Source: Octopus sinensis (Eukaryota). From it: 64,000 nucleotides of DNA. Shown piece by piece: positions 35,995-48,440 of the stretch (its first letter is position 1; the number at the start of each line of letters is the position of its first letter). Below the pieces are notes generated by a model. The model saw only the letters and a program-made list of their open reading frames with translations, did not search any database and was not told the DNA's origin. The stretch spans positions 36,580,001 to 36,644,000 of the forward strand of contig NC_043013.1 in assembly GCF_006345805.1 (NCBI RefSeq), in the 5' to 3' direction. The position numbers were made by a program, and so were the translations under genes.

Positions 35995-36089
35995 TCGGTA
36001 ATGATGATAACGGCAACGATGATGATGTTGATGATGATAATGATGATGAGGATGATGATAAGGATGATGATGATGATGTGGTGATGGTA

Positions 36090-36121
<32 letters not shown>

Positions 36122-36357
36122 AAGGATAATGATGATAATCATCTTGATAATAATATTACTAATGGTTACTGATGATGCTGATGCCAATGCTCATGATGGC
36201 AATATTCATCATTTTGATGTTGATGATGATCACGACGACGATGGTGATGATGATTATTATGATGATGATGATGCTGATGACGATGACGGTGATGATGATG
36301 ATGATGATGATGATGATAATGATGATAATATTGATGATGTCAGTAACGGTGAGGATG

Positions 36358-36389
<32 letters not shown>

Positions 36390-36525
36390 AATGTTATTGA
36401 TGATGACATCAGCGATGATGATGTTGATGATGATGATAATGATGATAATATTGATGATGTCAGTAACGGTGCAGATGATGATGATGATGATGGTGATGGT
36501 GATGATGACGATGAAAGATGAAGGG
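35995..36525. repeat. (GAT)n-rich array with internal duplication
   Basis: GATAATATTGATGATGTCAGTAACGGT occurs twice (about 36325 and 36445). Confidence 0.9.
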
Positions 36526-36965
36526 AGGTGATTGTTGATGATGCAGTAATGCTAAGGCAAGCTAAGTGGTTACTGTGTATATATATGTGTGTGCGTGTGT
36601 GTGTGTGTGTGTGCGTGTGTGTGTGTGTGTGTGTTTGTATGTGTCTGTGCGTGTGTGTTGTATGTAAGGCATGTGTGGAGGGAGCGGGCAGTGTGGTTTA
36701 AGAGGGGGTGTATGGAAGGGTTAGAGGGTCAAGCAAGACTGGTCATTAGAACTCCTGCTCCTAATCTGAATCCTTTTATCATAGAGAAAAACCTCAATTA
36801 GAATGCTTCTTAATCCCACCGGTCAAAGCAGGATTACGCACACGCACACACGCGTACATGTATATACATATATATGTACAAAGATATTTATGTTGATATG
36901 CATATATATATATACATACTACATATATTTATATATATATTGATATATATATATCTATATATATC

Positions 36966-37010
<45 letters not shown>

Positions 37011-37329
37011 GCAGATATGTGTATATAGGTATATTCTGTACACATTTATACAATACACATGTGTGTCTATATATATACATAGAGAGAGAGAGAGATATAC
37101 ATACACATTTATTAGACTAATGCATATATATCCGTATTCATATATAATTGTGACTGCATATATGAATATATACACATACCCGCATGTGATTATAATACAT
37201 ACACGTAAAAAAACCTGTACATATATGCACTCACATACACATGTATACATATATGTATGTATATATATATATGCATATCTATATCGATATTTATCTATCT
37301 AGCAATCTATCTATGTATAACTATATATG

Positions 37330-37361
<32 letters not shown>

Positions 37362-37364
37362 TTA

Positions 37365-37423
<59 letters not shown>

Positions 37424-38134
37424 CATATATATATATATATATGAATTAGAAGGTTGGAGATGAGGTATGTTTGTATGTATGTATATGTGTACATATATGC
37501 ATATGTATATATATGTGTGTATATATATATATGTGTGTGTATATATATATAAGTATTTGTTTAGGTATATGTGTAAGCATATATATATGCATAAGTAGAT
37601 GTGTGGTTGTAGGTCTGGGTGTGTTCACAGAGGGTCATTGATGTTGGTTAATAGTCGGTGTATGCGATGGAGGTCTATTAGCCAAAATTAGCCATAATTT
37701 CACTAACATTGGTCATCTTCCCTTTCGGTAAATGTCTTTCTTTTTCGACTCTTCATTCTATCATTTCTATGCGGTCAGGCAAAATAGATTTACAGTGCTT
37801 CGCAGTCTCTTCCACCGCCACCACCGCCGCCACCACCACCACCACCACCACCACCATCATCGCTCTCATTTTGTTTGTGCATCTCTTTTTAATCTTTCTT
37901 TCCTCATCCCTGTTTCTTGCAACATATATGTATGTATAGATGTATTTACGCATATATGTATGTATGTATAATGTATGTATGTATATGTGTGCATGTATGT
38001 GTAGATATATATATATATATACATACACATGCATGCACATATATATATACATACACATGCATGCACATATATATAATACATATATATGTGTATATGTGTG
38101 TATGTATGCGTGCATATTTTGCATTCGTTTTAGC

Positions 38135-38257
38135 CAAGCTGGCCTGGGTTGGCTGGGACCACTATTTTCTTAACTCAGCATCATGCAGTCCTCTGGCTTG
38201 CCAGTGCTTGCGAAACCATCCAACCCATACCAGTATGGTAAAACAAACGTTGAAGGC

Positions 38258-38324
<67 letters not shown>

Positions 38325-38400
38325 GATGGTGATGATGATGATGGTGATAATGATGATGATGATGATGATGATGAGGAGGAGGAGGAGGAGGAGGAGGAGG
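38135..38400 (+). mobile_element. Diverged RTE tail with expanded (GAT)n/(GAG)n tail
   Basis: AAACCATCCAACCCATACCAGTATGGTAAAACAAACGTTGAAGGCT(GAT)n. Confidence 0.65.
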
Positions 38401-38639
38401 AGGATGGTAAAGGTATAAACACGCGTTGCCTTTTTGTTTCTCTTGCTGTTTAGCAGTCTGTGAATCTCTATCAAACTATCTGTCTATCTGTCTGTCTGTC
38501 TGTCTGTCTATCTCTCTGTCTGTGTCTCTCTGTCTCTCTTTCTGTTTATCTTGCTATCTCTCTATCTCTATCTCTCTCTTTGTCTCACTCACTCTCTTTC
38601 TCTTTGTCTTGTTCTCTCTCCCACTCTCTCTCTTTCTTG

Positions 38640-38640
38640 T

Positions 38641-38688
<48 letters not shown>

Positions 38689-38702
38689 CTATCTATCTAT
38701 CC

Positions 38703-38770
<68 letters not shown>

Positions 38771-38815
38771 GTCTGTCTGTCTATCTATCTATCTATTTAT
38801 CTATCTATACATCTA
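38640..38815. repeat. (TATC)n microsatellite
   Basis: Seen directly. Confidence 0.95.
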
Positions 38816-39319
38816 GCAATTGCTCTATCTAACGATTTATTTAATTAGACATGAATCTGTGTATGTATTTATACCTCTATGTATGTATGCATGTATGTAT
38901 GTAGGTACATCTGCATGTATCTACATACCTGTCTTTTTATCTATTTCTACCTATGAATCTAATCTATTTTATTACACATACACACACATACACACACACA
39001 CATGCGCATGCACACACACACACACACTGCCACCTCCACTGGCACACACATTACCATTATATTACATTTACCTCTAAATGTATCATCTTACTTCGTCTCA
39101 TAAATACTAATTAACGCTCCTTACATAGTGCCATTTACCATTACAAACCACCACCACCACCACTGCCAGCACCACCACCACCATTTGTTGCCACCATCAT
39201 CACTCCATTAACACTCAAGCCCCCATTCTACAATTCCATACCACTGAAACACCACAACTTCCATCATTACAGCCATCCATTGGAAAAACCTCAGACAGTT
39301 TGTGCTCCTATACACGAAG

Positions 39320-39381
<62 letters not shown>

Positions 39382-39481
39382 GATGATGATGATGATTATA
39401 CTTGCCTTAAGACACTGGGTGTGTCGTGGCATGTGATTGCATCTGACATGCAAAATAATAATAATGATAATAATAATTAGG

Positions 39482-40335
39482 ACAGCGACCTGGCAGAATC
39501 ATTAGCACGCCGGGCAAAATGCTTAGCAATATTTTGTCTTCCGCTACGTTCTGAGTTCAAATTCCGCCGAGGTTGACTTTGCCTTTCATCCTTCCAGGGT
39601 CAATTAAGTAAGTACCAGTTATTCAATGGGGTCGATATAATCAACTTAATCCCTTTGTCTGTCCTTGTTTCTCCCCTGCATATGGGCAATAAATAAATAA
39701 ATAAATAAATAAGTAAATAAGGATAATCCTTTCTACTATACACACAAGGTCTGAAATTTGTAGGGAGGGGACTAGGCGATACATTAACCCCAGAGTTTCA
39801 CTTGTACTTAATTTATCAACCCTGAAAGGATAAAAGGTAAATTTGGCCTCAGCGGAATTTGAATTCTCAGAATGTAAAGACAGATGAACTGCCACTAAGC
39901 ATTTTGCCTGGTGTGTTAACAATTCTAGGTGGAGGGACTGAAAATTTGTGCTTAGTCACTTCAATTGTTTCCAGTGCTCAGATGGTACATGTTTCATTGA
40001 CCCCAAAAGGACAAAAGGTGAAGTTAACCCCAGTGGAATTTGAATTCAGAATGTAAAGGCAGATGAAACACTGCTAAGCATTTTGTCCAGCATGCTAACA
40101 GTGCAGACAGCTGGTCATCTTATTTGGCCAGTTCAAATAACAATGATAATAATAATGGGTTCAAATTTTGCTACAAGCGCTGCAAATTTAAGGGGATGGG
40201 ATGAGTCGATTACATCAAAAAGATGAAAGGTTAAAGTCAACCATGGCGGAATTTGAACTCAGATTGTAACAACAGACAAAATACTACTAAGCATTTCGTC
40301 TGGTGTGCTAATGATTCTGCCAACTCACCACCTTA
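39482..40335. mobile_element. Cluster of four SINE C copies (+, -, -, -)
   Basis: 39482-39700 on + (GCGACCTGGCAGAATCATTAGC..GAGTTCAAATTCCGCCGAGGTTGACTTTGCC). Copies at about 39725-39925, 39940-40125 and 40155-40335 are on -, each containing GGAATTTGAA(T/C)TC. Confidence 0.85.
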
Positions 40336-40339
40336 ATCA

Positions 40340-40545
40340 TCATCATCATCACCATCATCATCGTTTTACTTCCACTTTCCATGCTGGCATGGGTTGAATG
40401 GTTTGACTGAGTATTGGGGAGCTGGAGGCTGCACCAGGCTCAATCAAGTTTCTACAGCTGGATGCCCTTCCTAACGCCAGCCACTCCAAAAGTGTAGTGG
40501 GTGCTTTTATGCACTACTGGCATGAGGGCCAGTCAGGCGATACTA
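40340..40545 (-). mobile_element. RTE 3' tail
   Basis: CCATGCTGGCATGGGTTG..GGATGCCCTTCCTAACGCCAGCCACTCC. Confidence 0.85.
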
Positions 40546-40601
40546 TGATAATAATAATAATAATAATAATAATAGTAATAATAATAATAGTAATAATAAT
40601 A

Positions 40602-40637
<36 letters not shown>

Positions 40638-40652
40638 GTAATAATAATAATA

Positions 40653-40691
<39 letters not shown>

Positions 40692-40815
40692 CTTTTATTT
40701 GCCCCAAAGGCAGAGGTGAGACAGCATCACAATGACAGTTTACTATTTGTGTGAGGTTTTCATGGAAGATGAGGAAAAAAAATTAAAAAGACAGTAAAAA
40801 TGAGATAGACGTATA

Positions 40816-41034
40816 TGAGGGAGTGCTGAAAAGTCCCTGGTTTTGGGCAAAAGAAACTACAGGAGGATCAGTTAATTACGATTTTATTCAACATATTTCC
40901 CTCTCAAATTCACACACTTAGTTGCAGTGGCCCTTCAGTTTTTCTAAGCCCTGTTAAAAAACTTGGAAGGTTGGGCCTCCATTTAGGTCTTTCACGACAC
41001 CCCTAAAACCAGGAATTTTTTTAGCACCCCCTCA
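40816..41034. mobile_element. Mariner-type MITE
   Basis: TA|TGAGGGAGTGCTGAAAAGTCCCTGGTTTTGGG ... CCCTAAAACCAGGAATTTTTTTAGCACCCCCTCA|TA: TIRs of about 30 bp with TA TSD. Confidence 0.9.
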
Positions 41035-41184
41035 TACATAGTAGTATACAAAGTATGTGATAACATGAATGATACAGTCACCGATCCAGGATTACCCTGA
41101 CTACTAAAAGTATGAGCCATTGACCAACTGTTCTTCTCCAATCTACAGCCATTAGAGTAAGTCCATTCCCCCATGCCATTTTTA

Positions 41185-41515
41185 CCACAATTGTTGAGGA
41201 GGGTGAAGGTCAATTACATCCAACCCAGTACTCAACTGGTAGTTATTTCAGTGACCCTGAAAGGATGAAAAGTAAAGTCAACTTTGGTGGAATTTGAACT
41301 CAGAATGTGAAGACTGACGAAATTCCACTAAGTGTTAAGGGTTCTGCTCACACCTCCTTATAGTCACCCATCATTATCATTCATTTAAAATCCGTTTTCT
41401 ATGCTAGCATGGGTTGGACAGTTTGACAGAAGCTGGCAAGCCATAGAACTGTGCCAAGTTCTCTATTCTGCTTTGGTATGGTTTCTATGACTGGATGCTC
41501 TTTCTAACACCAATT
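41185..41515 (-). mobile_element. SINE C fragment plus RTE tail fragment
   Basis: CTCAACTGGTAGTT..GGAATTTGAACTCAGAATG (41185-41340). CATTTAAAATCCGTTTTCTATGCTAGCATGGGTTGG (41365-41515). Confidence 0.75.
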
Positions 41516-41519
41516 CATG

Positions 41520-42090
41520 AGAAAGTAGCACTTCCTTCTCAACCCTCGCTTTTCTTTCCAAATGGAAATTAAAAAGTTGAACTTGAGCAAAGAAGATGGT
41601 ATCTTTTTTTGATCCTTTCTCCCTTGTTCACTGCACAGTTTTTGTCACCCAATAGCCACCAGACAGAGGAACACCGTTTGCCCTGCCTTGTCGAATGTGG
41701 GTAGAGAAGTGATCTGCACAATGGATTTGTCTGATAGTTGGGTTCATACCACACGCAATAACAGCTGCTTGATATAACTCTATTGGTCAGCAATGCTCGG
41801 ACACCGGACAAATGTGTGCAGTACAATTTTGTCACTCTGAGCACATCTCAGACTGCCCTGCCTAGGAGTACTTCCGTACCTATTGAGTTTATCTCAAACA
41901 ATCATCGCTTCTCAGCAGCACTGCCAGGCTAGAAATTTCTGGAAGTTATTCATTGCAGTACCAAGTGTGAAAGTCCACTGAAACACTCCAGCTAGTTCAT
42001 CCTCATCAATGCCTAGAGATTCCCTAAGAATGTCGTTGCTCAAGACTTCGTTATATGGCTAACACAGAAGTTCCACTAACGACATTGCTC
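41520..42090 (-). mobile_element. L1/Tx1-type LINE ORF2 C-terminal remnant (zf-RVT, CCHC)
   Basis: Minus: LGIDEDELAGVFQWTF..NNFQKFLAWQCC*EAMIV*DKLNRYG..LRCAQSDKIVLHTFVRCPSI..KAGQTVFLCLVAIG..KARVEKEVL. Matches the Tx1/L1 W+..+LP+.D+L..C..C...E+..H...C pattern, with several stops. Confidence 0.8.
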
Positions 42091-42174
42091 GACTGATAGA
42101 AAGCAGCGAGCAACCGATAGCAGTCCAGGCACTGATTATAATAATAATGATGATGATGATGATGATGATAAAGA

Positions 42175-42455
42175 ATTCGGAGGCATGAGAACAGTAAAGT
42201 TCGTGCCTATAATAATTGGTGTGTTGGCTGGGAACAGTAAACAAAGATATAGACAAATGGCTGAAGGATATTGAAATAGAATGCCCTGTAGAGCTCCTAC
42301 AGAAAGTTTGTTTTCTTAGGGACCACAAGGATTATCAGAAGAGTTCTAAGCACTTGAAAGACTGCTGAAAACTTGTGGATACCTAACAGTTACAAGCAGT
42401 CATCTGCTATCCATATAAATCCTACCAGGAATAAGAACGAATCTGAGCCAAACCA

Positions 42456-42456
<1 letters not shown>
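42175..42456 (+). mobile_element. R4/Dong-type (restriction-like endonuclease) non-LTR retrotransposon 3' end
   Basis: With two frameshifts: GMRTVKFVPIIIGVL.GTVNKDIDKWLKDIEIECPVELLQKVCFLGTTRIIRRVLST* (stop 42355-42357), the typical R4/Dong C-terminus. About 100 nt of 3' UTR then (AAT)n. Left flank is an (AAT)/(GAT) repeat. Confidence 0.8.
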
Positions 42457-42506
<50 letters not shown>

Positions 42507-42532
42507 TAATAATAATAACAATAATAATAATA

Positions 42533-43129
42533 AATGCCCTGATGCAGTACCAATGCCCTGATGAAGTACCATAAATGCCCTGATGCAGTACCAGGCAGTG
42601 GCTCTCATGGCTTCTGATCTTAACTGATTGGAAGTGTTATCATGTACATTGTTTTGTCTTGGTATAAAAGATGGGCTACAGCAAATATTCTGCTCAATAC
42701 CAGATTTGCTTGTCAGTTGTTTGACCTTAACCAGTTGAGCATGTCCCTTGGTGGCTGATGATATGTGCATCTCTGATCATGAGCAGAAGTAGTGGGGGAG
42801 CATCATAGCCATGTGTTGAGAGGGATTCTTTGGGGTTTGAATGATTCACCTCTGGAAACATGGGTGTTTCATTCAACATCCGTAAACAACCTTTAATCAG
42901 GGACCTTTTGAGTGGGATGGGTTACCCAACCAGAAGAAAATTCTAGCAGGGCCCCACCCGCAAGGTCATGCGCTGTTTATCTTGTTATGAGATTACCATG
43001 TCGCGCACATATGGTTGTGATGCATGTGCCTGGTGTACCCTTATCAGACGTCTAGTCATGATGGGTATACTGAGCTTCGTATATTTGTACCCCAGTGTCA
43101 CTTTGATGGCATGCACTGCTCTCTCACTC
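42533..43129 (+). mobile_element. About 600 bp non-coding element embedded in an (AAT)n array
   Basis: Complex unique sequence with (AAT)n directly on both sides. The 5' unit AATGCCCTGATG(C/A)AGTACC is repeated 3 times. No ORF or tRNA head recognised. Confidence 0.55.
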
Positions 43130-43187
43130 AATAATAATAATAATAATAATAATAATGATAATAATAATAATGATAATAATAATGATG

Positions 43188-43245
<58 letters not shown>

Positions 43246-43294
43246 CAATGACAATCCTTTCTACTAAAAGCACAAAGCCAGCAATAATAATAAC

Positions 43295-43470
43295 TGGTGT
43301 TGGTGTGTTTACATTCCTGTAGCTTAGCAGTTCAGCCAAAGGAACCAATGGAACAAGCACCAGACTTGAAAAAGAAAATACTGGGGCTAATTCGTTCAGC
43401 TAAAACTTCTTTATGATGGTGCCCCAGCATGGCCACAGTCTAATGACGGAAACAAGTAAAAGATAAAAGA
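43295..43470 (+). mobile_element. SINE A-related 3' fragment
   Basis: CTGGTGTTGGTGTGTTTACATTCC..CAGCATGGCCACAGTCTAATGACGGAAACAAGTAAAAGATAAAAG. Confidence 0.75.
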
Positions 43471-43476
43471 CAAATC

Positions 43477-43519
<43 letters not shown>

Positions 43520-43647
43520 GATGTATAAAATGGCCAGGAGATTTAGAGAAAGAATCAAGGAGGTGTGTGTGTGTGTTTGTATGTGTGTGTGTGTGAGCGT
43601 GGGTGGGGTAGGGCAAGAACTATATTGTACACCTTGCAATATTGATA

Positions 43648-43835
43648 AAAGCAAGCGAGCTGGCAGAATCATTAGCAATGCCAGACAAAATGCTTCATGG
43701 CAATTCTTCTGATTTCACATTCCGAGTTCAAATTCCACCAAGGTTGATTTTTGCCTTTTTCACTTTTTCATCCCTTTTGCAATAAATTAAGTACCAGTTG
43801 AGCATTGGAGGGTGGTGGGGTCAGTGTAAGTGACT
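43648..43835 (+). mobile_element. SINE family C
   Basis: GCGAGCTGGCAGAATCATTAGC..GAGTTCAAATTCCACCAAGGTTGA..AATTAAGTACCAGTTGAGC. Confidence 0.8.
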
Positions 43836-43837
43836 CC

Positions 43838-43872
<35 letters not shown>

Positions 43873-44046
43873 TACATTTTCCTGTGGAAAAACACAAACA
43901 GAGAGTCAGAGAGTTAGATGGATAGATGCATAAGCTTATGTGTCCTGAAACTCAATCAGATTTCCTATACAAAACTTTGTTTAAAAACAGCATTTATTTT
44001 TGGGAATGCTGGAACAATCTGGAATAAATATATCTTCAAGTGTATG

Positions 44047-44086
<40 letters not shown>

Positions 44087-44345
44087 CACACAGACGTGTG
44101 TATGTGTGTACACTCTCACTCTATATATATATGTGTGTGTATATATGTATCTACATATACATGTATATGTATATATACATACACATGCATATGTATATAT
44201 ATATGTATATATATGTGTATATATGTATATGTATATACATATACATGTATATGTATATATGCATATACATGCATATGTATATATATGTGTATATATGTAT
44301 ATGTATATATGTGTGTGTGTATGTGTGTGTATATATATATACATA

Positions 44346-44384
<39 letters not shown>

Positions 44385-44542
44385 ATATATATATGTATGT
44401 ATATATACATACATATACATATAATGTATGTATATATGAATGTATGTATCTATGTATATGTATTGTCATATGAAAATATATTGAACACTGAATGAATTTA
44501 TAGAGTAAATACCAATGAAGTTTATGTATGTGTTTATCAGTG

Positions 44543-44588
<46 letters not shown>

Positions 44589-44981
44589 AATATTGTCTGC
44601 TAACAAAAGAACAAATCAAAGGTTATTCAGTTCAAAAGTTCTGTGGCGTTCGGAGTTCTCCAATATTGATAAAGAAGGAGTAATTCTAGAAAATTCTTTC
44701 AACACTTCAAGTTTTTCTTCAGAACTATCCAAAAACGGTAAAAATTCTCATCATGAAACACAGTCATTGCTGTTTCATCTATGTATCCAGAGGCAAGCTG
44801 GAAGTGCTATTTCTGAAGAAATGGCATTGCATACTTGCTGATGTTCCATACACACAGACAGGTATGTGCATAAATGTATATATATACAATATATACATAT
44901 ATATATATATATATGTTTATGTGCATATAATATATATATATATACATATATGTGCATATATATATATATACAGACATATGT

Positions 44982-45019
<38 letters not shown>

Positions 45020-45461
45020 GTAGTGTCTGTGCATATGTATATACACGTCTACTTGTATTTATAATATGTATATCTAAATATATATGATCATCATTATCAT
45101 CCTAAACTTTTAACATGCCAACATGTAAGCAGGAGTGTTTAATAATGATGATTATATATATATATATATATTATATATATATATTATATATAATATTATA
45201 TATGTATATAAATATATATACATTTATATATGCATATAGATATAAATACATTTATATATATACATATATATATATATATTTATATATGTTTATATGTGTG
45301 TGTGTATATATGTACATGTCTGTAGGCATCTGTGTATTTATGCATTTAGGTATTTATGTACCTATGCACATATGTGTGTGTGTGTAGGTGATAATGTATA
45401 TATTCATATATTTACAAACATACATAGATACATACAATCACCACAGGTGTGTATATATATT

Positions 45462-45501
<40 letters not shown>

Positions 45502-45669
45502 TGTATGTATGTGCATATAGATAAATAGACACTTTTTAATATAAATATATGTAACTTGAAAGATAAAAATATTATCTTTGCCTTCATCATCCTCACCGTC
45601 ATTCTCATCATTGTTGTCATCATCATCATCATCATTGACATCAATATCAACATCATCATTTTCATTATC

Positions 45670-45960
45670 AAAATGTGACCGATGCCAGTGCCGCCTTGAC
45701 TGGCTTCTGTACCGGTGGCACATAAAAAGCACCAACCAATCATGGCCATTGTCAGCCTCCACTGGCACCTGTGCCGGTGGCAGATAAAAAGCACCCACTA
45801 CACTCATGGAGTGGTTGGCATTAGGAAAGGCATCCAGCTGTAGAAACACTGCCAGATCAGACTGGAGCCTGGTGCAGCCTCTTGGATTCGCAGACCCCGG
45901 TCAAACCATCAAAACATGCTAGCATAGAAAACGGACATTAAACGATCATCATCAACATTA
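45670..45960 (+). mobile_element. RTE 3' tail (family B)
   Basis: Two GGTGGCA..AAAAAGCACC units, then GGAGTGGTTGGCATTAGGAAAGGCATCCAGC..GGACATTAAACGAT. Confidence 0.85.
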
Positions 45961-46329
45961 TCATCGTCGTCATTATTGTAATCTTAGTTGTTGTCCTCAT
46001 AATCAGCGTTGTCGTCATCATCACTATCATCACCATCATCGTCAACACCACCACCACCACCACCATCATCGCCGTCAGTGTTGTCGTCACCATCATCATC
46101 ATCATCATCAGCAACAACCTCACAAGACAAACAGTAAGTCTATTGTGATATATAAATTACTGCTCATTTTTGTCTTTATTTTTCTATTTAAAAACATCAG
46201 CTTCTCAGAATTGCATCACACAATTCCTTAATTCTGAGCTCACCCTCAGATACACACATGCTTGCATCCATCCATCCATCTATCCATACATACATACACG
46301 CATGCTGAGCTTCCATACCATTCCCCATC

Positions 46330-46736
46330 TGCCAATTACACTCACAAAGCATTACTCAGCTTGAGACAATCGTAGAAGAGACTTGACCAAGGTGCTCTGC
46401 AATGAGATAGAACTCAAAACCTTGTGGTTACAAGGTAAACTCTGAAACTTACGATCATAGGATCACGGGTTCAATTCCTGGGCCAGATAGCATATTACGT
46501 TCTGGAGCAAAGCATTTCATTTCACGTAGCTCAGTCTACTCAGCTGTAGATGAGAATTCCACTGAATGTTGGTGAAGCTCTCTCATCATCATGACACATT
46601 CCATGATTTAAAGTTGGACAGCAAAAAGAGCGTCCTTCTCTCATTTGCAACTACACAGGTACCTAAAGCAATTAATGTAAGTCTGCTAAAAACAACTACA
46701 ATGCATTCACCTGTAAGTGATGGCTAAGCCTTAGAA
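46330..46736. mobile_element. Degraded tRNA-SINE fragments (head on -, then D/H-like element on +)
   Basis: GAGATAGAACTC on the reverse strand. GGGTTCAATTCC..GAGCAAAGCATTTCATTTCACGTAGCTCAGTCTACTCAGCTG on the forward strand. Confidence 0.5.
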
Positions 46737-47102
46737 TATTGTTTCTTAACCATTTTTTTGCCTATGGATCCCTTTGATTTTTGCTGTACTTGGATGGACC
46801 CTCTTAACCATCTGATGGTTAAGGAACTCCTACTATATTTTATTATTAAATATTCTTGGAAATTGTATAAATATAATTAAAATATTATGTTTATTGTACA
46901 AGTATAACCAAATTATTGCAGACAAATTTCAACAACAAAATTTTACATGAAACCCCTGGGCCGTACAGATGTCCCCACCCCAAGAGCCATATCAACCCCA
47001 CCACTGGGCCATACAGACCTTGTCCAAGAGCCATATGGATCCCCACCAAGGGCCTTATGGAACCCTACAAAAGCTTATATGGACCCTGGTTTAGAACAAC
47101 TG
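46737..47102. mobile_element. hAT-family MITE
   Basis: TATTGTTTCTTAACC / GGTTTAGAACAACTG degenerate TIRs. 8-bp TSD CCTTAGAA (46729-46736) vs CCTTCGAA (47103-47110), 7/8 match. Confidence 0.75.
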
Positions 47103-47149
47103 CCTTCGAAGAAGGCATCTGTGTATGCACGTATGTATATGTATGTATG

Positions 47150-47194
<45 letters not shown>

Positions 47195-47608
47195 GTCAGT
47201 TGGTAGAAAGGTGGGCCATGTCAGGTTACTCTTAGTGCTATCAATAACATATATAACCCAGCCCAATCCATTGCATGGTCAGGCCATCAGCAACTAAACT
47301 GGCAACCCTACCAACCCTGCTTAATATGGAGGGTGGTTTCTATCTTGGAGACCTTGCAAGTCAAAAAACAAAACCTGTCAATGGCTGAATGAATTCAATA
47401 AAGTCAATGACCATCTAACAGCTTTGGAGTGAGAGACCCCATTGTCTTTGGTTCTGCATTTTTCTAAGTAAAGCATATTCTGCAATAACACCTGCATCAT
47501 TGGGAAGCCACAGATTTTGCACTTGCCTTTTTCTGGATCATTTGGTTTTGTCAGTGAGGGAATCCTGGCTGTGTTGTGCAAGTTGTAATTGACTTTAAAT
47601 TTCAACAT

Positions 47609-48115
47609 ACTCTTTTACTCTTTTACTTGTTTCAGTCATTTGACTGCAGCCATGCTGGAGCAGCGCCTCTAGTCGATCAAATCAACCCCAGGACTTATTC
47701 TTTGTAAGCCTAGTACTTATTCTAATGGTCTCTTTTGCCAAACTGCTAAGTTACGGGGATGTAAACACACCACCATTCGTTGTCAAGCGATGTTGTGGGG
47801 TTGTATAAACACAGACACACAAACATATATATACACACACACATACATATATATATATCATCATCATCCTCATCTTCATCCTTATCATCATCATTTAACG
47901 TCCGCTTTCCATGCTAGCATGGGTTATATATATATATATATACATATATAGGACAGGTTTCTTTTAGTTTCCGTTTACCAAATCCACTCACAAGGCTTTG
48001 ATCAGCCTGAGGTTATAGTAGAAGACACTTGCCAAGTGCCGCTATGCAGTGGGACTGAACGCAGAACCATGTGGTTGGCAAGCAAGCTACTTACCACAAA
48101 GCCACTCCTGCACCT
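47609..48115 (-). mobile_element. SINE A, full length, with short RTE-tail insert at about 47855-47925
   Basis: (CTTTTACT)n tail through CACAAAGCCACTCCTGCACC head. The insert is CATCATTTAACGTCCGCTTTCCATGCTAGCATGGGTT. Confidence 0.9.
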
Positions 48116-48254
48116 TGGGTATTTCTGGCAGATATTGTCTTTAACATCTAAGACAAGATAACTTATTCATGATGGTTATATTCATCTATGAGTTGATAGC
48201 TTCCATTCAGGTAGGCAGGAAAACAGGTAGATGTGCATGTAAGTTAGTATTGCT

Positions 48255-48440
48255 TTCTTTTACTTGTTTCAGTTATTAGACTGTGACCAGGCTGGAGCAC
48301 CACCTTGATGAATTTTACTCCAATGGACTGATCCCAGTACTCTTTGCATTTTTTCGCTAAGCCTAGTTCTTATTCTACCAATCTCTTTTGCAGAACCGTT
48401 AAGTGAGGGACAGAAACACACCAACACCAGTTGTCAAACA
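48255..48440 (-). mobile_element. SINE A 3' fragment
   Basis: TTTTACTTGTTTCAGTTATTAGACTGTGACCAGGCTGGAGCACCACC..GAACCGTTAAG. Confidence 0.75.

Noticed and set aside
42536-42605. CTGATGA/CTGATGC units as a hammerhead core or C/D box
   Set aside because: No stem II-GAAA-stem III arrangement follows and no terminal stem with a matching D box was found.
47378-47608. Minus ORF with KCKICG motif
   Set aside because: A lone CxxC with no second zinc-ligand pair, no splice support, and flanked by repeats.
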